Source: Giardia intestinalis (taxonomy: Eukaryota). Taken from it: a stretch of 64,000 nucleotides of DNA. Positions 29,427-39,769 of this stretch are shown here, piece by piece. The stretch is taken from NCBI GenBank assembly GCA_000002435.2, contig CM018789.1. One strand, 5' to 3'. Below the pieces are notes generated by a model. That model did not search any database and was not told the DNA's origin. It saw only the letters and a list, made by a program, of their open reading frames with translations. The position numbers were made by a program, and so were the translations under genes. Position 1 is the first letter of the stretch. Every line of letters starts with the position of its first letter.

Positions 29427-31283
29427 CTAGCACTTACTCTTAGTCACGGATTGTTCTAGCTCATCAATCTGCCTTGCCATGTCCAGTAGCTCCTTTTCTG
29501 TCGGTGTCGAGTCTCCCAGCTTAGCAAGGAGCTGAGAGACAAGTTCTTTCGAAGGGCCTTCTTCGATGACAGAGTTGGCGATTTTATACAGTTTCTCCTC
29601 TAATGAGTTACGCATCTGACTACGCCGTAGAGCAGTTCTTTCTAATGTTACAAGATTATTATTTATGTGTTCTAGATCCTTTCTGAAGGCCTCAAAGTAA
29701 CCAATGTCCGGTTGTGTACGTGTTATCTCCTTAATATGCTTATCATCAACACAGATAGATTCTAGGGTAATCTCACGGGAAAACGATAGTTGAAACACCA
29801 AAGCTACAGTAACAAGTTTCGACCCATGGAAGCTACTCAATCGTGGAACAACGATTTTAAATTCTGCTAGGATCTCTTTACTATCACTATGGATACGAGC
29901 CAAGAAAGCAGCATCACTGGCAACTTTAACCATTACTGACTTTTGGTCTGGGAAGTGATCTCCTGCGGAAAACACATATGTTCCCATACAATATTGCTGA
30001 GTCTCATCAGCAGACACACAATCTAAGAGAATGTTATGGAAGCAAACGTCCCGTATAGTGTAGCTAACTTTTCTAGGGAATTTGTCTAGCGTTAGTATCG
30101 CAAGCCAAGCAGCTCCCTCAGCTAAAGCAGTATCTGGATTAACTGTTTTGTCTATCTGAATGGTGTAACCTGGCCTTGCCTTCTCCTCGACTACCCGCAT
30201 TACTGCAGATCTAAGGCATGGAATGCGGCTCCCGCCGCCGGTGAACTGCAACATGGACACGTCTCTGAATATGTTTGTCGAGGCTAGGTGTGCTATTTCT
30301 GCACATAAATGCTTTGCAGAATCCTCAAACTCCGCAAGGCTTACCCCAAACGAGATTGTCTCGGCCATCTCTCCAACACCCTCCACGGTCATTACCGCAG
30401 ATCTGTTCACTGTAAGGATTTTCTTGGCTTCTCTAGCAGCTAAGAAAAGGCGGAGGGCGAGCTTTTTCGCAGGACCACTGGGGTTTTCAAACTGGAATTC
30501 GCTGTAAAGATGCCGTTGCGGTGAATTCAATAACCGCTTGAGAAAAATGTCGCAAAGACAGATGTCAAAGTCTCGTGCACCAAGCTCTGTCTGGTAATTA
30601 ATGTAGATTGTTTCCAACAACGTAGGCCCGAGTCTATAAATAGCACAGAATGAAGAGAATTCCCCGACATCTATGAGGCCCACAAGGATATTTTCGTTAT
30701 TCAAGCGATCCTTATTCTTTTGCATAAGCGTAATCAGACTGTTAGCACCCAAGGCCAAATGGGAGGAAAACATCCCAAGACATTTCTTTCCAAGGGCTTC
30801 TGTTGTTACAATAAGGCGACGAAGCTTGTGAAGCCGCCAATATGGCTGATATGTGAGAACAATGCTGTCTGAATTGTGGGATTCTTCTGCAACGAGGTCC
30901 AAAGCATGGGACAATAATGACAGAAGGAGAAACTCAGAGGGACAAGTGAGCTTATTAATGGCTATTCCAAGTGTATGATCTGAGGCTTCAGTAAAGGTTC
31001 CCCCAATATATGAACAAAAACGCAAAAATCGGGACGTACGTAAAAAAGAAGCGTCTTCAGCGGCCACGAAAGGCGCAGCTGTATACACTGACTCGTGGTG
31101 ATGAACCAATGCAGCAGCGGCCTCACTGCCATAAACTCTACCATTATCAGTGAATCTTACTGCAGTTTGCAAGAGGCGACCAGCAGTACCTAGTTGACAC
31201 AGCGACGGTCCTGTGTTACGAGCCAATACTAACCTTAGATTGCTGTTTCCCATGTCGACACAGACAATGGATGGATTAAGCAT
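29427..31283 (-). CDS. Divergent Hsp70-family (actin-like ATPase fold) protein, Hsp110/HSPA14-like
   Basis: ATG confirmed at 31281-31283. IVCVDMGNSNLRLVLAR resembles the Hsp70 phosphate-1 motif (IGIDLGTTNS.VAV). LIDVGEFSSFCAIY resembles the connect-1 motif (DLGGGTFDVSIL). LQFTGGGSRIPCLRSAV resembles the adenosine motif (VLVGGSTRIPKVQ). Confidence 0.65.
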   Translation of the reverse strand: MLNPSIVCVDMGNSNLRLVLARNTGPSLCQLGTAGRLLQTAVRFTDNGRVYGSEAAAALVHHHESVYTAAPFVAAEDASFLRTSRFLRFCSYIGGTFTEASDHTLGIAINKLTCPSEFLLLSLLSHALDLVAEESHNSDSIVLTYQPYWRLHKLRRLIVTTEALGKKCLGMFSSHLALGANSLITLMQKNKDRLNNENILVGLIDVGEFSSFCAIYRLGPTLLETIYINYQTELGARDFDICLCDIFLKRLLNSPQRHLYSEFQFENPSGPAKKLALRLFLAAREAKKILTVNRSAVMTVEGVGEMAETISFGVSLAEFEDSAKHLCAEIAHLASTNIFRDVSMLQFTGGGSRIPCLRSAVMRVVEEKARPGYTIQIDKTVNPDTALAEGAAWLAILTLDKFPRKVSYTIRDVCFHNILLDCVSADETQQYCMGTYVFSAGDHFPDQKSVMVKVASDAAFLARIHSDSKEILAEFKIVVPRLSSFHGSKLVTVALVFQLSFSREITLESICVDDKHIKEITRTQPDIGYFEAFRKDLEHINNNLVTLERTALRRSQMRNSLEEKLYKIANSVIEEGPSKELVSQLLAKLGDSTPTEKELLDMARQIDELEQSVTKSKC

Positions 31284-31292
31284 TTTAAAAGT
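31284..31292. promoter_or_regulatory. 9-bp A/T-rich bidirectional intergenic spacer (TTTAAAAGT) between the divergent Hsp70-like and Prp8 start codons
   Basis: Both ATGs confirmed (31281-31283 on minus, 31293-31295 on plus). Giardia promoters are known to be very short A/T-rich initiator elements. Confidence 0.5.
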
Positions 31293-34200
31293 ATGCAGTC
31301 GCTAAAGCCGCGGCTTCTACAGTCTGTACAACCAACATTAGTGGGGTCCACCGAAAACTCCTCTTTTCCTAGTCAGCCTCGCTCTATGGCTAGAAAACTA
31401 GCTGCCATGGGGTCTCTCAAATTCTTAGTTTATGCTATTCGGAAGGCTCTGGAAACTATGCCACAGCCTTGGGAGGCGGTCAGGTATGTGACTGTAGCAC
31501 ACCAGAAGGCGGGGGCACTGACATATATTTTGAGCAAAAGTACTTCAAGCGAACACGACCTCATTAGGCAATGGACACGTGTTTGTGACTCTATCCCAAA
31601 AGATGCTGCCCCTCCGTCTTATCCTATATTTGATGGTACAGCCCCATATATGTGCTACAGGGACAATCTGGCCTTTGCACGACCCTTGCCACTCTTCAAG
31701 ACAAATGCCATCATCAGATTTCATCGACTAAAAAATCTATGTGCTGATCTAAGTGCTACGCAGAAAATATTGCTGAGTGATTCACGTAGAAGTTTAAAGA
31801 GTCGAGATAAATTTTCGTTCGAGCAACACCTACCATCAGTATTTACTAACCTCTCCTCTTTCCATGGTGATGACAACTTTTTAATGTACCAGCACGTTTA
31901 CCTTTATCATGCTTATACAGAAGATCAGTTGCTCACTTATCCAGCCCTATACTACCCCATCTCCATGCATCCTCCAGCTAATCTCCCTATCTTTCTTTCA
32001 CCGTCTCCTTCTGCCTTTTGCGGTACGTTTCTTGATCGAAGAAAAAGCAATCTCATGCACATTAATAGCTCTGCTATGCTTTCTCGCTCGGCTCAAATTA
32101 ACGAGTATAGTGATGCAATTCAGTCCTCTTTACAAACATCTACTTATAGATCACCATCCTTACTTAGTCCTCCTCTCAGTTCCGCTAGAAAATCTTTTCA
32201 TAAGAGAGAGATAAAGAGCAAATCTGTTACAACGATACTTCGCACCTCACCACAATTCTCTATCATATCTAATGTTGACTGGCTTGAGGCAGCTCAACAT
32301 CTCCTTGCACAAGCACACGATGCCATGACTCTTATGCTGCATCGCAAAAATATCACATTCCTCTCTCTCGATTATAACTTTAACCTGACTCACACGAAGG
32401 TCCTGTCTACAAAGGAACGTAAACAAAGCCGCTTCGGCAAGGCATTCCACTTGGTGCGCGAGCTCACGAAATTTCTTAAATACATGGTTGACACCCATAT
32501 TGCCCATAGATTGCTTCTAATAGACTATCCAACTTTTTTAACTGGCATCCATCATTTGTTTTTAAATATTGGAACTGTGACATCTGTATACCGTTATAAG
32601 TATAAGATTTCAAACCAAATAAGACAGCTAAAAGCCCTTGGAATGCTTTGTGGAGATGTACCTTTTTATCACCCGCTGCAGTGCGTAATGAACAGCTACT
32701 TAAGAGGCCTTAGTCCCTTGCTGGAGGCATATCTAAGTCGACTCTTGGCGAGAACCGCAGGAATTATTGACAAGGACTCTGGAAACTCGTCTAGACGAGT
32801 CACCCACCAACGATCCCTAGCAAACCAAATTGTGGAGCAGCGAAATAGATACGCCGGGCGATTTGTTTCAATGTATCCTCAGTTCACCACAAGATCTGCC
32901 ATGACAAAACTATTTTTGGCCCATTTGGCAGAGGCCTGGCTTTGTTGGCGGGCTGGCATGGCCTACGATCAAGTATATTCACAAATGTCCCCTGAAGTAG
33001 CAGATCTTGTTCAAGCTTATGTTTCTGAACGGGCAGATTTATACACAGCTTCTATTGCATGTACAAAGAAACGCATTGCAAGCAATAAGTGGATTGCAAA
33101 ATCAGAGCATTACAAATATTGCGGTAGAGCTGGAAGGCAAGATATGCGAGAGCTGATCGTTGCTAATGCAGCATACCTTTGTGAGCCTATTCAAAAGGAT
33201 CTCAGAGTCTCTCTTGGGACCGTTTATAGTCTTGCTTATCTTTGCATAACTGTTGCAGCACGAGTGTGTGCGTGTGGATCACATATTCCCTTCCCATCCC
33301 AAGAGTTTGAGTATGACGGAAAACTTCTGGAACTGGCGCTCAGGGATTTACGTGAAGATGTGCTCTCCGGCTCTATTCTTACAGTTGCTGATCGCCAGCT
33401 CCTAACACTTATTGAAAAGGCGACTTCTCTTCCTCATGAGTTTCTCATACGGATCAAGGAGATTCTTCTCAAGAAGCGTACATTTGATGCAGTACAAATA
33501 GAGTATGCCGAAGCACGAACATGTGTCTATCCCATATACCTCACCACTGGACTCACTCGGGTTGTTGATGTTTATTTCACATATTACCTAAGCTACCAGA
33601 TCACATCCAGCCCCCTGCACTATTTACTTTTTAAGCGAGGATTCAGCTCCATCGATCTAAGTAATCCATATTCTATGGAGCTCCCCGCAGAGCTCACCAT
33701 CAGATACTGCAAGCATGTTCACAGTACGTGCTCGGGCCTCCCTGCAACGGATGGTGAGGGGTGCTTTCTAGTCCACATGCATCTTAATACTGATAGCTAC
33801 TTTCGCGGCTTTAATCTGCACGTCATTGGTAAAGTCATTAGCCTACTCTTTGATCCTGTCATCTCTTCTTTCCTGATAACTCGCCTTTCCTCAAGTTTTT
33901 ACTTTAAAGATATGACATATACAGCAGTGCGTGGTGTTGCTCCTTCTTTCCAATTTTCTCATTTTTTGTTAACACTTCTATTATCAATCCTTGACTTAAC
34001 TATTCTACTACATTATGATGAGCAGCCCTTTTCTCCGACGATTATTCTGAGAGTGGTCACCTTCATTATTGCGTTCGCAAAGGATTATCGGCAATCAGGG
34101 GTGCCTCTCAGTCAACTCTGGCTTCGTAAAGCATGTCTTGAGAAGGGGATTGATCTATCCCGGCTTTCTATTTTTTACGGGACGTATAAGCTTCTGAGCT

Positions 34201-37200
34201 ATGTTCGTCAAGGAGAGAGCCTATACTTAGTTCTTCAAGAAGATAGGCAAGCTAATATTGAGAGTTCTAAAACCACTATCATGGAACAAGTCATGAAATC
34301 TATCCCCCAATCTATTGCATGCTACATTTCACGGCAATCTTCTTTCTGTGACAATCAGACATTCTACTTCGTGTCTCTCGTGAACCAGCCCATCAGATTT
34401 GAATTTATGGGATATATCATTTTGGCTAAAAGTATTAAGGATTTGGGCATGTCTACTAATATATTGCACTCTGTTTCGGCTACATTTATTGCCAATTTTA
34501 TTTATCATGCAAATCAATTAATTTCTAGCGCCGTGTCTACGTCCTTTTCAAAGATCATTGCTAAATGGAACTCCTTGCTACTTAATTGCGTTATTTACTA
34601 TCGCGAGGCACTGCTACAATCACCTAGGTTCTTACGCATCCTTATGGCTTATGAAGAGAAAGTCTGCAACAAAATCAAGCAAGGACTTAATTCAAAGATG
34701 CCAAACCGCTTTCCAAACGTCATCTTTTATTCGCCCAGAGAGTTAGGCGGGCTAGGTATGCTATCCGTTGGATCTGCAGGCGTATACCCTTCTAGCGAAG
34801 AGCTAAATCCAAAATATCCCGTTGCAGAGCGGTCTCGTCGTTGGGATCAGAAACACCAGGAGGTGCTACTTCCAAGTGTCATTCACTTTATTTCTCCGTG
34901 GGCTGATGAGCTTAATCGTAGCTTCCTTGGGTACCAGCGTCTTCTGTCTATCTTCTGTGAGTTTTACAATGGGCGGTCCCCTCTCTTCGGCGCACAAACT
35001 GGGTTTTACGTGTATGAATATGATGCGTGTGGGGCAGAGCAGCAGTATAGTTTCAAAGAAATTAGCGAATGCTTATCCAGTCAATGGACTGGATTTGCAG
35101 TCAGTACCTTCCGTGAAGCAGTTTTTCAAGCACTCTCCCAAGGGTCTAATAGTATTGAGCAGCAATCTCCTCTTGAGATTGCATGGGCCAATGGATGCAT
35201 ACCGCGGCTAACAACTCTGATACATTACGCCAAAGACCTTTATTGTCTGTTGTACCGCAATCCGTTTCTACATCACTTGGCTAAGGGCATCAGTATAGGC
35301 AACGCGCTAACTCTTAAAAGTTGGTACAACAAAAAGCTTCTGGGATCACTGTATGATCTTCAAGGATACAAGAAGATTATCACGGCAATATTTGGTGGGG
35401 TAGAAGAAATATTGCACCACACACTCTACCCAGCAACAGATTTTAGTGATTATAAATCCGTGGTGTGGAGCACAGCAACCGAACATGAGACTGGATTGGC
35501 AAAAAGAACAAACCTAACACGTGCAAGGAGACAGGGGCTTTCGCAAATTCCGAACCGACGCTTTGCTCTCTGGTGGAGTCCCACGATCAATCGTAGTTCT
35601 GTCTACATCGGATATCGTTCACAAATAGACTTAACCGGAGTGTACATGTGTGGGAAATTGGCCACTTTAAAAACAGCATATGTTTCTCTGTTCAGGGGCC
35701 ATGCTTGGCCAATGATTCACTCCTCATTGGTCAAAACCCTTCTTGCAATCTTACAAGACGCTTTTCGGGGCCTTCCGCTTGATACCATCAAGGCAGAGTC
35801 CGTACATCCCCGAAAGTCATATCATTACCATACAAGCTGTGCAGACATTTCTGTAACATGGACACGTTCATTGACTGTTCAGCAGGATTATTCCATTCAG
35901 ATACAAAAGGGTTCATCAGAGCCGCACCATAATTCACAAGAAGAGAGTAGTGGCGCACACGCGTCTTCAGGAGAACAAGTCGATAGCTGCACACATTTAT
36001 GGTGGATAGACCTCCATCTCACGTGGGGAAACGTCGATACATGTACTTCTCTCGCGAAGTACTCTAAAGACCGTCACAAATATTATACATCTGATCGTTC
36101 ACGAGGGATATACAGGAGCCCACACGGAATTATTATTTGTATTGACTTACTATATCGTGAAATTGCAGCCTATGGATCTGTCCCAACTATAGCGATTCCA
36201 GCCATAAACAAGGCCATTTCAGAACTGTTGGAATCCTTACACAGTAATACTATGATGAACATGCTTGCAGACAGAATCAGGACGCAACTGGGACTAAGTT
36301 CTTCAAGTGTGCACAAGCTCACAGACATCACTCCATCCTCCATCGGAGATCTGTTCACTGGCAAGGTAATAATAGTCGATGACTCCTTGGCATATAACTT
36401 CAGGATGCTGAACAGAGATGATACGCGTGCATCTCGTGTTATCATCAATGGGTTCATTTCGATCTTCAATCCCCAGACTGGCCGCTTGGTACTTTCGGTC
36501 GTCCATGCAGATACGTATGCAGGCCAGAGTCGCCGGGCTTCTCTAAGCCGCTGGCGTACGGCAGACTTACTAACGGGGTACATCTCTTCGCTTCCACAGG
36601 CCTTACGACCCACGACAGTGGTTGTATGTTCCAGGCAATCTATTGATCCAATTAGGACCCTGCTTAGTGTGCTTAATCCACCTATTGTTGTACGCGGAAC
36701 TAGTTTGCACTGGCAATTTCAAAATATACGTAGCATGGTTATCTGCGCAGAAGGGCAAGAAGGGCATATTCGAGGAACTGTGAATGAGGTGATTCAGCTT
36801 CAGCAAACCAGTATCTCTTTAAGCATTGATTTATATGCTCAGTTTCGAGGCACGGATGAGCAGACGGGGTTAATTTTGGAAGGTACTCCCATCCAACATT
36901 TTATTGCTGTCCTACTTATGTTGCAACTTGCTAATCTTTCACCACTCACCATATACAAAATAATATCTCAATCAAATCTGGAGTTGAAAAAATCCCTACC
37001 AGAAGCGGAACTAGCTTACAGACCCACGTATGCATCACTGACTACTAAGTCTATGGAGCGACTCTCAACCATAGGCAACCTCACAGACTTTGTCCTGCAT
37101 CTTCCTCGGGCGCCTTATCAACAATGGTGCCCAGTGATCTCCGCGATGACCGAGCGCGTAATAAATGAATCTGCTAAAAAGCTAGGAGTACGTTCAGACT

Positions 37201-38222
37201 GTTTATCTCCAGCTGAAAAGAAGGACCTTGTATTAGGCGCAGAGCTGGTAATATCTAATGCTCCCGAACGCAGAACAAGCATCTTCTCACGACTTGTGTT
37301 ATCTGCCAACACTCTGGGCGAACGGATGCTTTCATCGACACAACCAAAAGAAGTCACTGACGTTAGATCACAAAGCCGACTCAGCAATTTGCATTTCGGT
37401 GAGCAATGGTTATGCCTCCAAAGAAACGCTATTTTCTGCAAACTATTTGCGGCATCACAACCCAAAGCAGATGCAGACACAGACTCATCTTTTTGTAGAT
37501 CGATTATTGACCAAGCTGTTGGTGCTACTACAGATAACAGTTCACGACTTTGTGTTATAATTGGGCAGGTCACAAAATCGCAACCAATCTTACCATGCTC
37601 AGGCCTGCAAGCACCAGTTGCTCTGACATTTGGATTGCAACATAGTGTTACTATGAATGGGAAGCCCCGAACACTTATTGAGCTACGACATATACGTGCT
37701 TATCTGGGAGGATGGGACTTCTTCTCGTACGCCGCGATACCAATAACGGAGTTATTACAAGATGTTAAGTTCACAGAGGAGAAAACAGGGATGAAGTTTT
37801 ACGGGGTACTGGTGGATTTTTCACGGGCAAAGCTTTTCCCAGATAAGCTACTAGAAAGTTCTACATTGAAAAAATCCAGTGTCGATATAATTTCTCTGGT
37901 AGGAAGAACAACCTCCGTATGCTTACTAACCTTCTATTTTGGGGCCGATAGAATAGAGAAGCAATCCAATTTTTGCACGTATTACCTAAAGCAATCAAAC
38001 ACTGACAAGACTGTGGATCAAAAGGAGTTCAGTCGTGTGCGAGTACACGTGGCATCTAATTACAGTCTAGAGTTTTATTGCATTGATCCCATTACCCAAT
38101 GCGAAAAGCCAGGTGGCATCGATCAATCAGTATCGTATCAATCATGTATTCAGTTCTCCAAGCTTTTTGCCTCAACGCAGATAGAATGGGAAGAATTGGA
38201 ATGCCATGTGGATCGAATATGA
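31293..38222 (+). CDS. PRP8: Pre-mRNA-processing-splicing factor 8 (Prp8), 2309 aa
   Basis: ATG at 31293. STKERKQSRFGKAFHLVRELTKFLKYMVDTHIAHRL...SVYRYKYKISNQIRQLK matches the highly conserved Prp8 stretch TTKERKKSRFGNAFHL.RE...D.H.QYRL...G.YRYKYKLM.QIR. The length is typical of Prp8. Confidence 0.9.
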   Translation: MQSLKPRLLQSVQPTLVGSTENSSFPSQPRSMARKLAAMGSLKFLVYAIRKALETMPQPWEAVRYVTVAHQKAGALTYILSKSTSSEHDLIRQWTRVCDSIPKDAAPPSYPIFDGTAPYMCYRDNLAFARPLPLFKTNAIIRFHRLKNLCADLSATQKILLSDSRRSLKSRDKFSFEQHLPSVFTNLSSFHGDDNFLMYQHVYLYHAYTEDQLLTYPALYYPISMHPPANLPIFLSPSPSAFCGTFLDRRKSNLMHINSSAMLSRSAQINEYSDAIQSSLQTSTYRSPSLLSPPLSSARKSFHKREIKSKSVTTILRTSPQFSIISNVDWLEAAQHLLAQAHDAMTLMLHRKNITFLSLDYNFNLTHTKVLSTKERKQSRFGKAFHLVRELTKFLKYMVDTHIAHRLLLIDYPTFLTGIHHLFLNIGTVTSVYRYKYKISNQIRQLKALGMLCGDVPFYHPLQCVMNSYLRGLSPLLEAYLSRLLARTAGIIDKDSGNSSRRVTHQRSLANQIVEQRNRYAGRFVSMYPQFTTRSAMTKLFLAHLAEAWLCWRAGMAYDQVYSQMSPEVADLVQAYVSERADLYTASIACTKKRIASNKWIAKSEHYKYCGRAGRQDMRELIVANAAYLCEPIQKDLRVSLGTVYSLAYLCITVAARVCACGSHIPFPSQEFEYDGKLLELALRDLREDVLSGSILTVADRQLLTLIEKATSLPHEFLIRIKEILLKKRTFDAVQIEYAEARTCVYPIYLTTGLTRVVDVYFTYYLSYQITSSPLHYLLFKRGFSSIDLSNPYSMELPAELTIRYCKHVHSTCSGLPATDGEGCFLVHMHLNTDSYFRGFNLHVIGKVISLLFDPVISSFLITRLSSSFYFKDMTYTAVRGVAPSFQFSHFLLTLLLSILDLTILLHYDEQPFSPTIILRVVTFIIAFAKDYRQSGVPLSQLWLRKACLEKGIDLSRLSIFYGTYKLLSYVRQGESLYLVLQEDRQANIESSKTTIMEQVMKSIPQSIACYISRQSSFCDNQTFYFVSLVNQPIRFEFMGYIILAKSIKDLGMSTNILHSVSATFIANFIYHANQLISSAVSTSFSKIIAKWNSLLLNCVIYYREALLQSPRFLRILMAYEEKVCNKIKQGLNSKMPNRFPNVIFYSPRELGGLGMLSVGSAGVYPSSEELNPKYPVAERSRRWDQKHQEVLLPSVIHFISPWADELNRSFLGYQRLLSIFCEFYNGRSPLFGAQTGFYVYEYDACGAEQQYSFKEISECLSSQWTGFAVSTFREAVFQALSQGSNSIEQQSPLEIAWANGCIPRLTTLIHYAKDLYCLLYRNPFLHHLAKGISIGNALTLKSWYNKKLLGSLYDLQGYKKIITAIFGGVEEILHHTLYPATDFSDYKSVVWSTATEHETGLAKRTNLTRARRQGLSQIPNRRFALWWSPTINRSSVYIGYRSQIDLTGVYMCGKLATLKTAYVSLFRGHAWPMIHSSLVKTLLAILQDAFRGLPLDTIKAESVHPRKSYHYHTSCADISVTWTRSLTVQQDYSIQIQKGSSEPHHNSQEESSGAHASSGEQVDSCTHLWWIDLHLTWGNVDTCTSLAKYSKDRHKYYTSDRSRGIYRSPHGIIICIDLLYREIAAYGSVPTIAIPAINKAISELLESLHSNTMMNMLADRIRTQLGLSSSSVHKLTDITPSSIGDLFTGKVIIVDDSLAYNFRMLNRDDTRASRVIINGFISIFNPQTGRLVLSVVHADTYAGQSRRASLSRWRTADLLTGYISSLPQALRPTTVVVCSRQSIDPIRTLLSVLNPPIVVRGTSLHWQFQNIRSMVICAEGQEGHIRGTVNEVIQLQQTSISLSIDLYAQFRGTDEQTGLILEGTPIQHFIAVLLMLQLANLSPLTIYKIISQSNLELKKSLPEAELAYRPTYASLTTKSMERLSTIGNLTDFVLHLPRAPYQQWCPVISAMTERVINESAKKLGVRSDCLSPAEKKDLVLGAELVISNAPERRTSIFSRLVLSANTLGERMLSSTQPKEVTDVRSQSRLSNLHFGEQWLCLQRNAIFCKLFAASQPKADADTDSSFCRSIIDQAVGATTDNSSRLCVIIGQVTKSQPILPCSGLQAPVALTFGLQHSVTMNGKPRTLIELRHIRAYLGGWDFFSYAAIPITELLQDVKFTEEKTGMKFYGVLVDFSRAKLFPDKLLESSTLKKSSVDIISLVGRTTSVCLLTFYFGADRIEKQSNFCTYYLKQSNTDKTVDQKEFSRVRVHVASNYSLEFYCIDPITQCEKPGGIDQSVSYQSCIQFSKLFASTQIEWEELECHVDRI

Positions 38223-39769
38223 GTAGAACAGTCATATTTGGCAAATCTAATGGACGAATCGTAGTTTGGCCTCAAGAGAACGGAATGCTGTGCCGCTGAA
38301 GCTCGGCGTCGGCGGAACCCAGCAGCCCAGAGTAAACCCCTCATCTTCCTCACACGCTCCGGGACACCAGACTGATCCGCAAGCCGCTGGCCACGCTGGA
38401 GTGCCCCGAGGCGGCCCAGGAGAGTGCGCGTGCTGAGGCCTGTCCATTAGACCCTCCTAGCAGCAGAGCGCCGTCGTGGCAGGAGAGCATGCCCCTTGCA
38501 TCGGTCGGTCGGTTGCTGAGACCCCTGGTGCTCTGTCTGTGAGAGGAGACTGCCCATGAGGGCCCTGTACGCTGCTCCCCTGCACCGACTGGCACAGCAG
38601 GGGGCCGGATGCCGAGGGACACCTCCAGAGTCTCGGGTCTCTACAGGACAGGACACACGGCAGAGACATCTGCATGCGGGCCGGGAGTCCTGCTCGGCCC
38701 CGTCCCTCGTCTGACGCCTTGGTCTCTCGGGAGCCCTGTCAGCACCACTGGAGGCAGGGGCTCTCCAGGAGCGCCGCACCGGGCCCGCATGGAGTGGATG
38801 GCCCCACAGCCACTGCACGGGCCTCTCGGGCAGGGGGTCTCTCTGCCACTGCAAGCTGCAGCAGCGTAAGGGTCGCCCCGTGTGCTGCCCTCTTGCCGTG
38901 GCGGGGCTTCAGGCATGCCATCGGGACTGTCCGACGGTCACCGGTTGAGCCCTGTGTGACAGCAACAGACGAGAAGACTGCCCCACAACGACATGCCCTC
39001 GCTGGAGGACTGTCAGCAGAGCGGAGGAAGCTACGGCCACTGGGGGAGTGAACGATCTCCGTGGGTCCAGGGGCGCTGCACTGCGGGCCTGTCGGCTCGG
39101 CCTCTGATGGGTACCACGATCACTCTGCCCGGTCTGGCAGATCACGAGGGGTCTGAGGCCGGCCTATTGGGAGGAGGACCGGGACCCTCGCTGATGGTTG
39201 AGCAGAATCACTACAGGGGGGCACGAGCTCGAGTAAGTGGGAGCCTTCTAGCAGGGTGCATGTCAACCGAGCGAGGAGAACGACATGGCAGTCATCAAGG
39301 AGCCATGACCTCTGAGCCTTCTGGGCTCTGCGCCGGGCCGGACATCAGCACAGCCCGCCTGCCGGTAGCACTGCCGCGGGGGTCTCCGTCGTGTGAATGC
39401 CTGGGGTGAGCCGCTTGGGCACGGAGACGGGCTGTGCGGCGCCCAAGAGTGGAAGATCGCCACGCTCTGGTGCTGTGGGCCGAGTCGAGACAGGGGCTCC
39501 AAGGTAGGGGTGGAACAGCGCTCCCCCCGTGTGCCGTGCTGGGTGGCCACAGACGGGCAGGGGCCGCTGGGGGCAGGCGTCGCCGTCGAGACAGAGGAAG
39601 GCCAGCCTCGAGCATGCCAGTGCCAGAGCGCATGGCAAGTGCACAAGGACACGGCTCCCCCCTCTTCCATCGGGGACGGCGGGCCGGGGGCTGAGAGGTG
39701 GCTCGGCACAGACGGTGGCATCAGGGTGCGTCCATGGCCGGCGCAGGGGCCACCGCAGAGGACCCTCTA

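Noticed and set aside
38247-39721. Many overlapping 60-185 aa ORFs on both strands (e.g. 38447-38854, 38993-39409, 39263-39721, 39529-40083)
   Set aside because: They overlap each other in several frames, have R/P/G/A-rich low-complexity products and sit in ~68% G+C DNA where stop codons are rare. This is the classic high-GC ORF-finder artefact.
39698-39769. Track start of the left VSP at 39698 (MARHRRWHQGAS...)
   Set aside because: That codon is GTG. The basic, Arg-rich N-terminal 24 aa are read through G+C-rich DNA and do not look like a signal peptide. Real initiation is more likely at ATG 39770 (or 39734).
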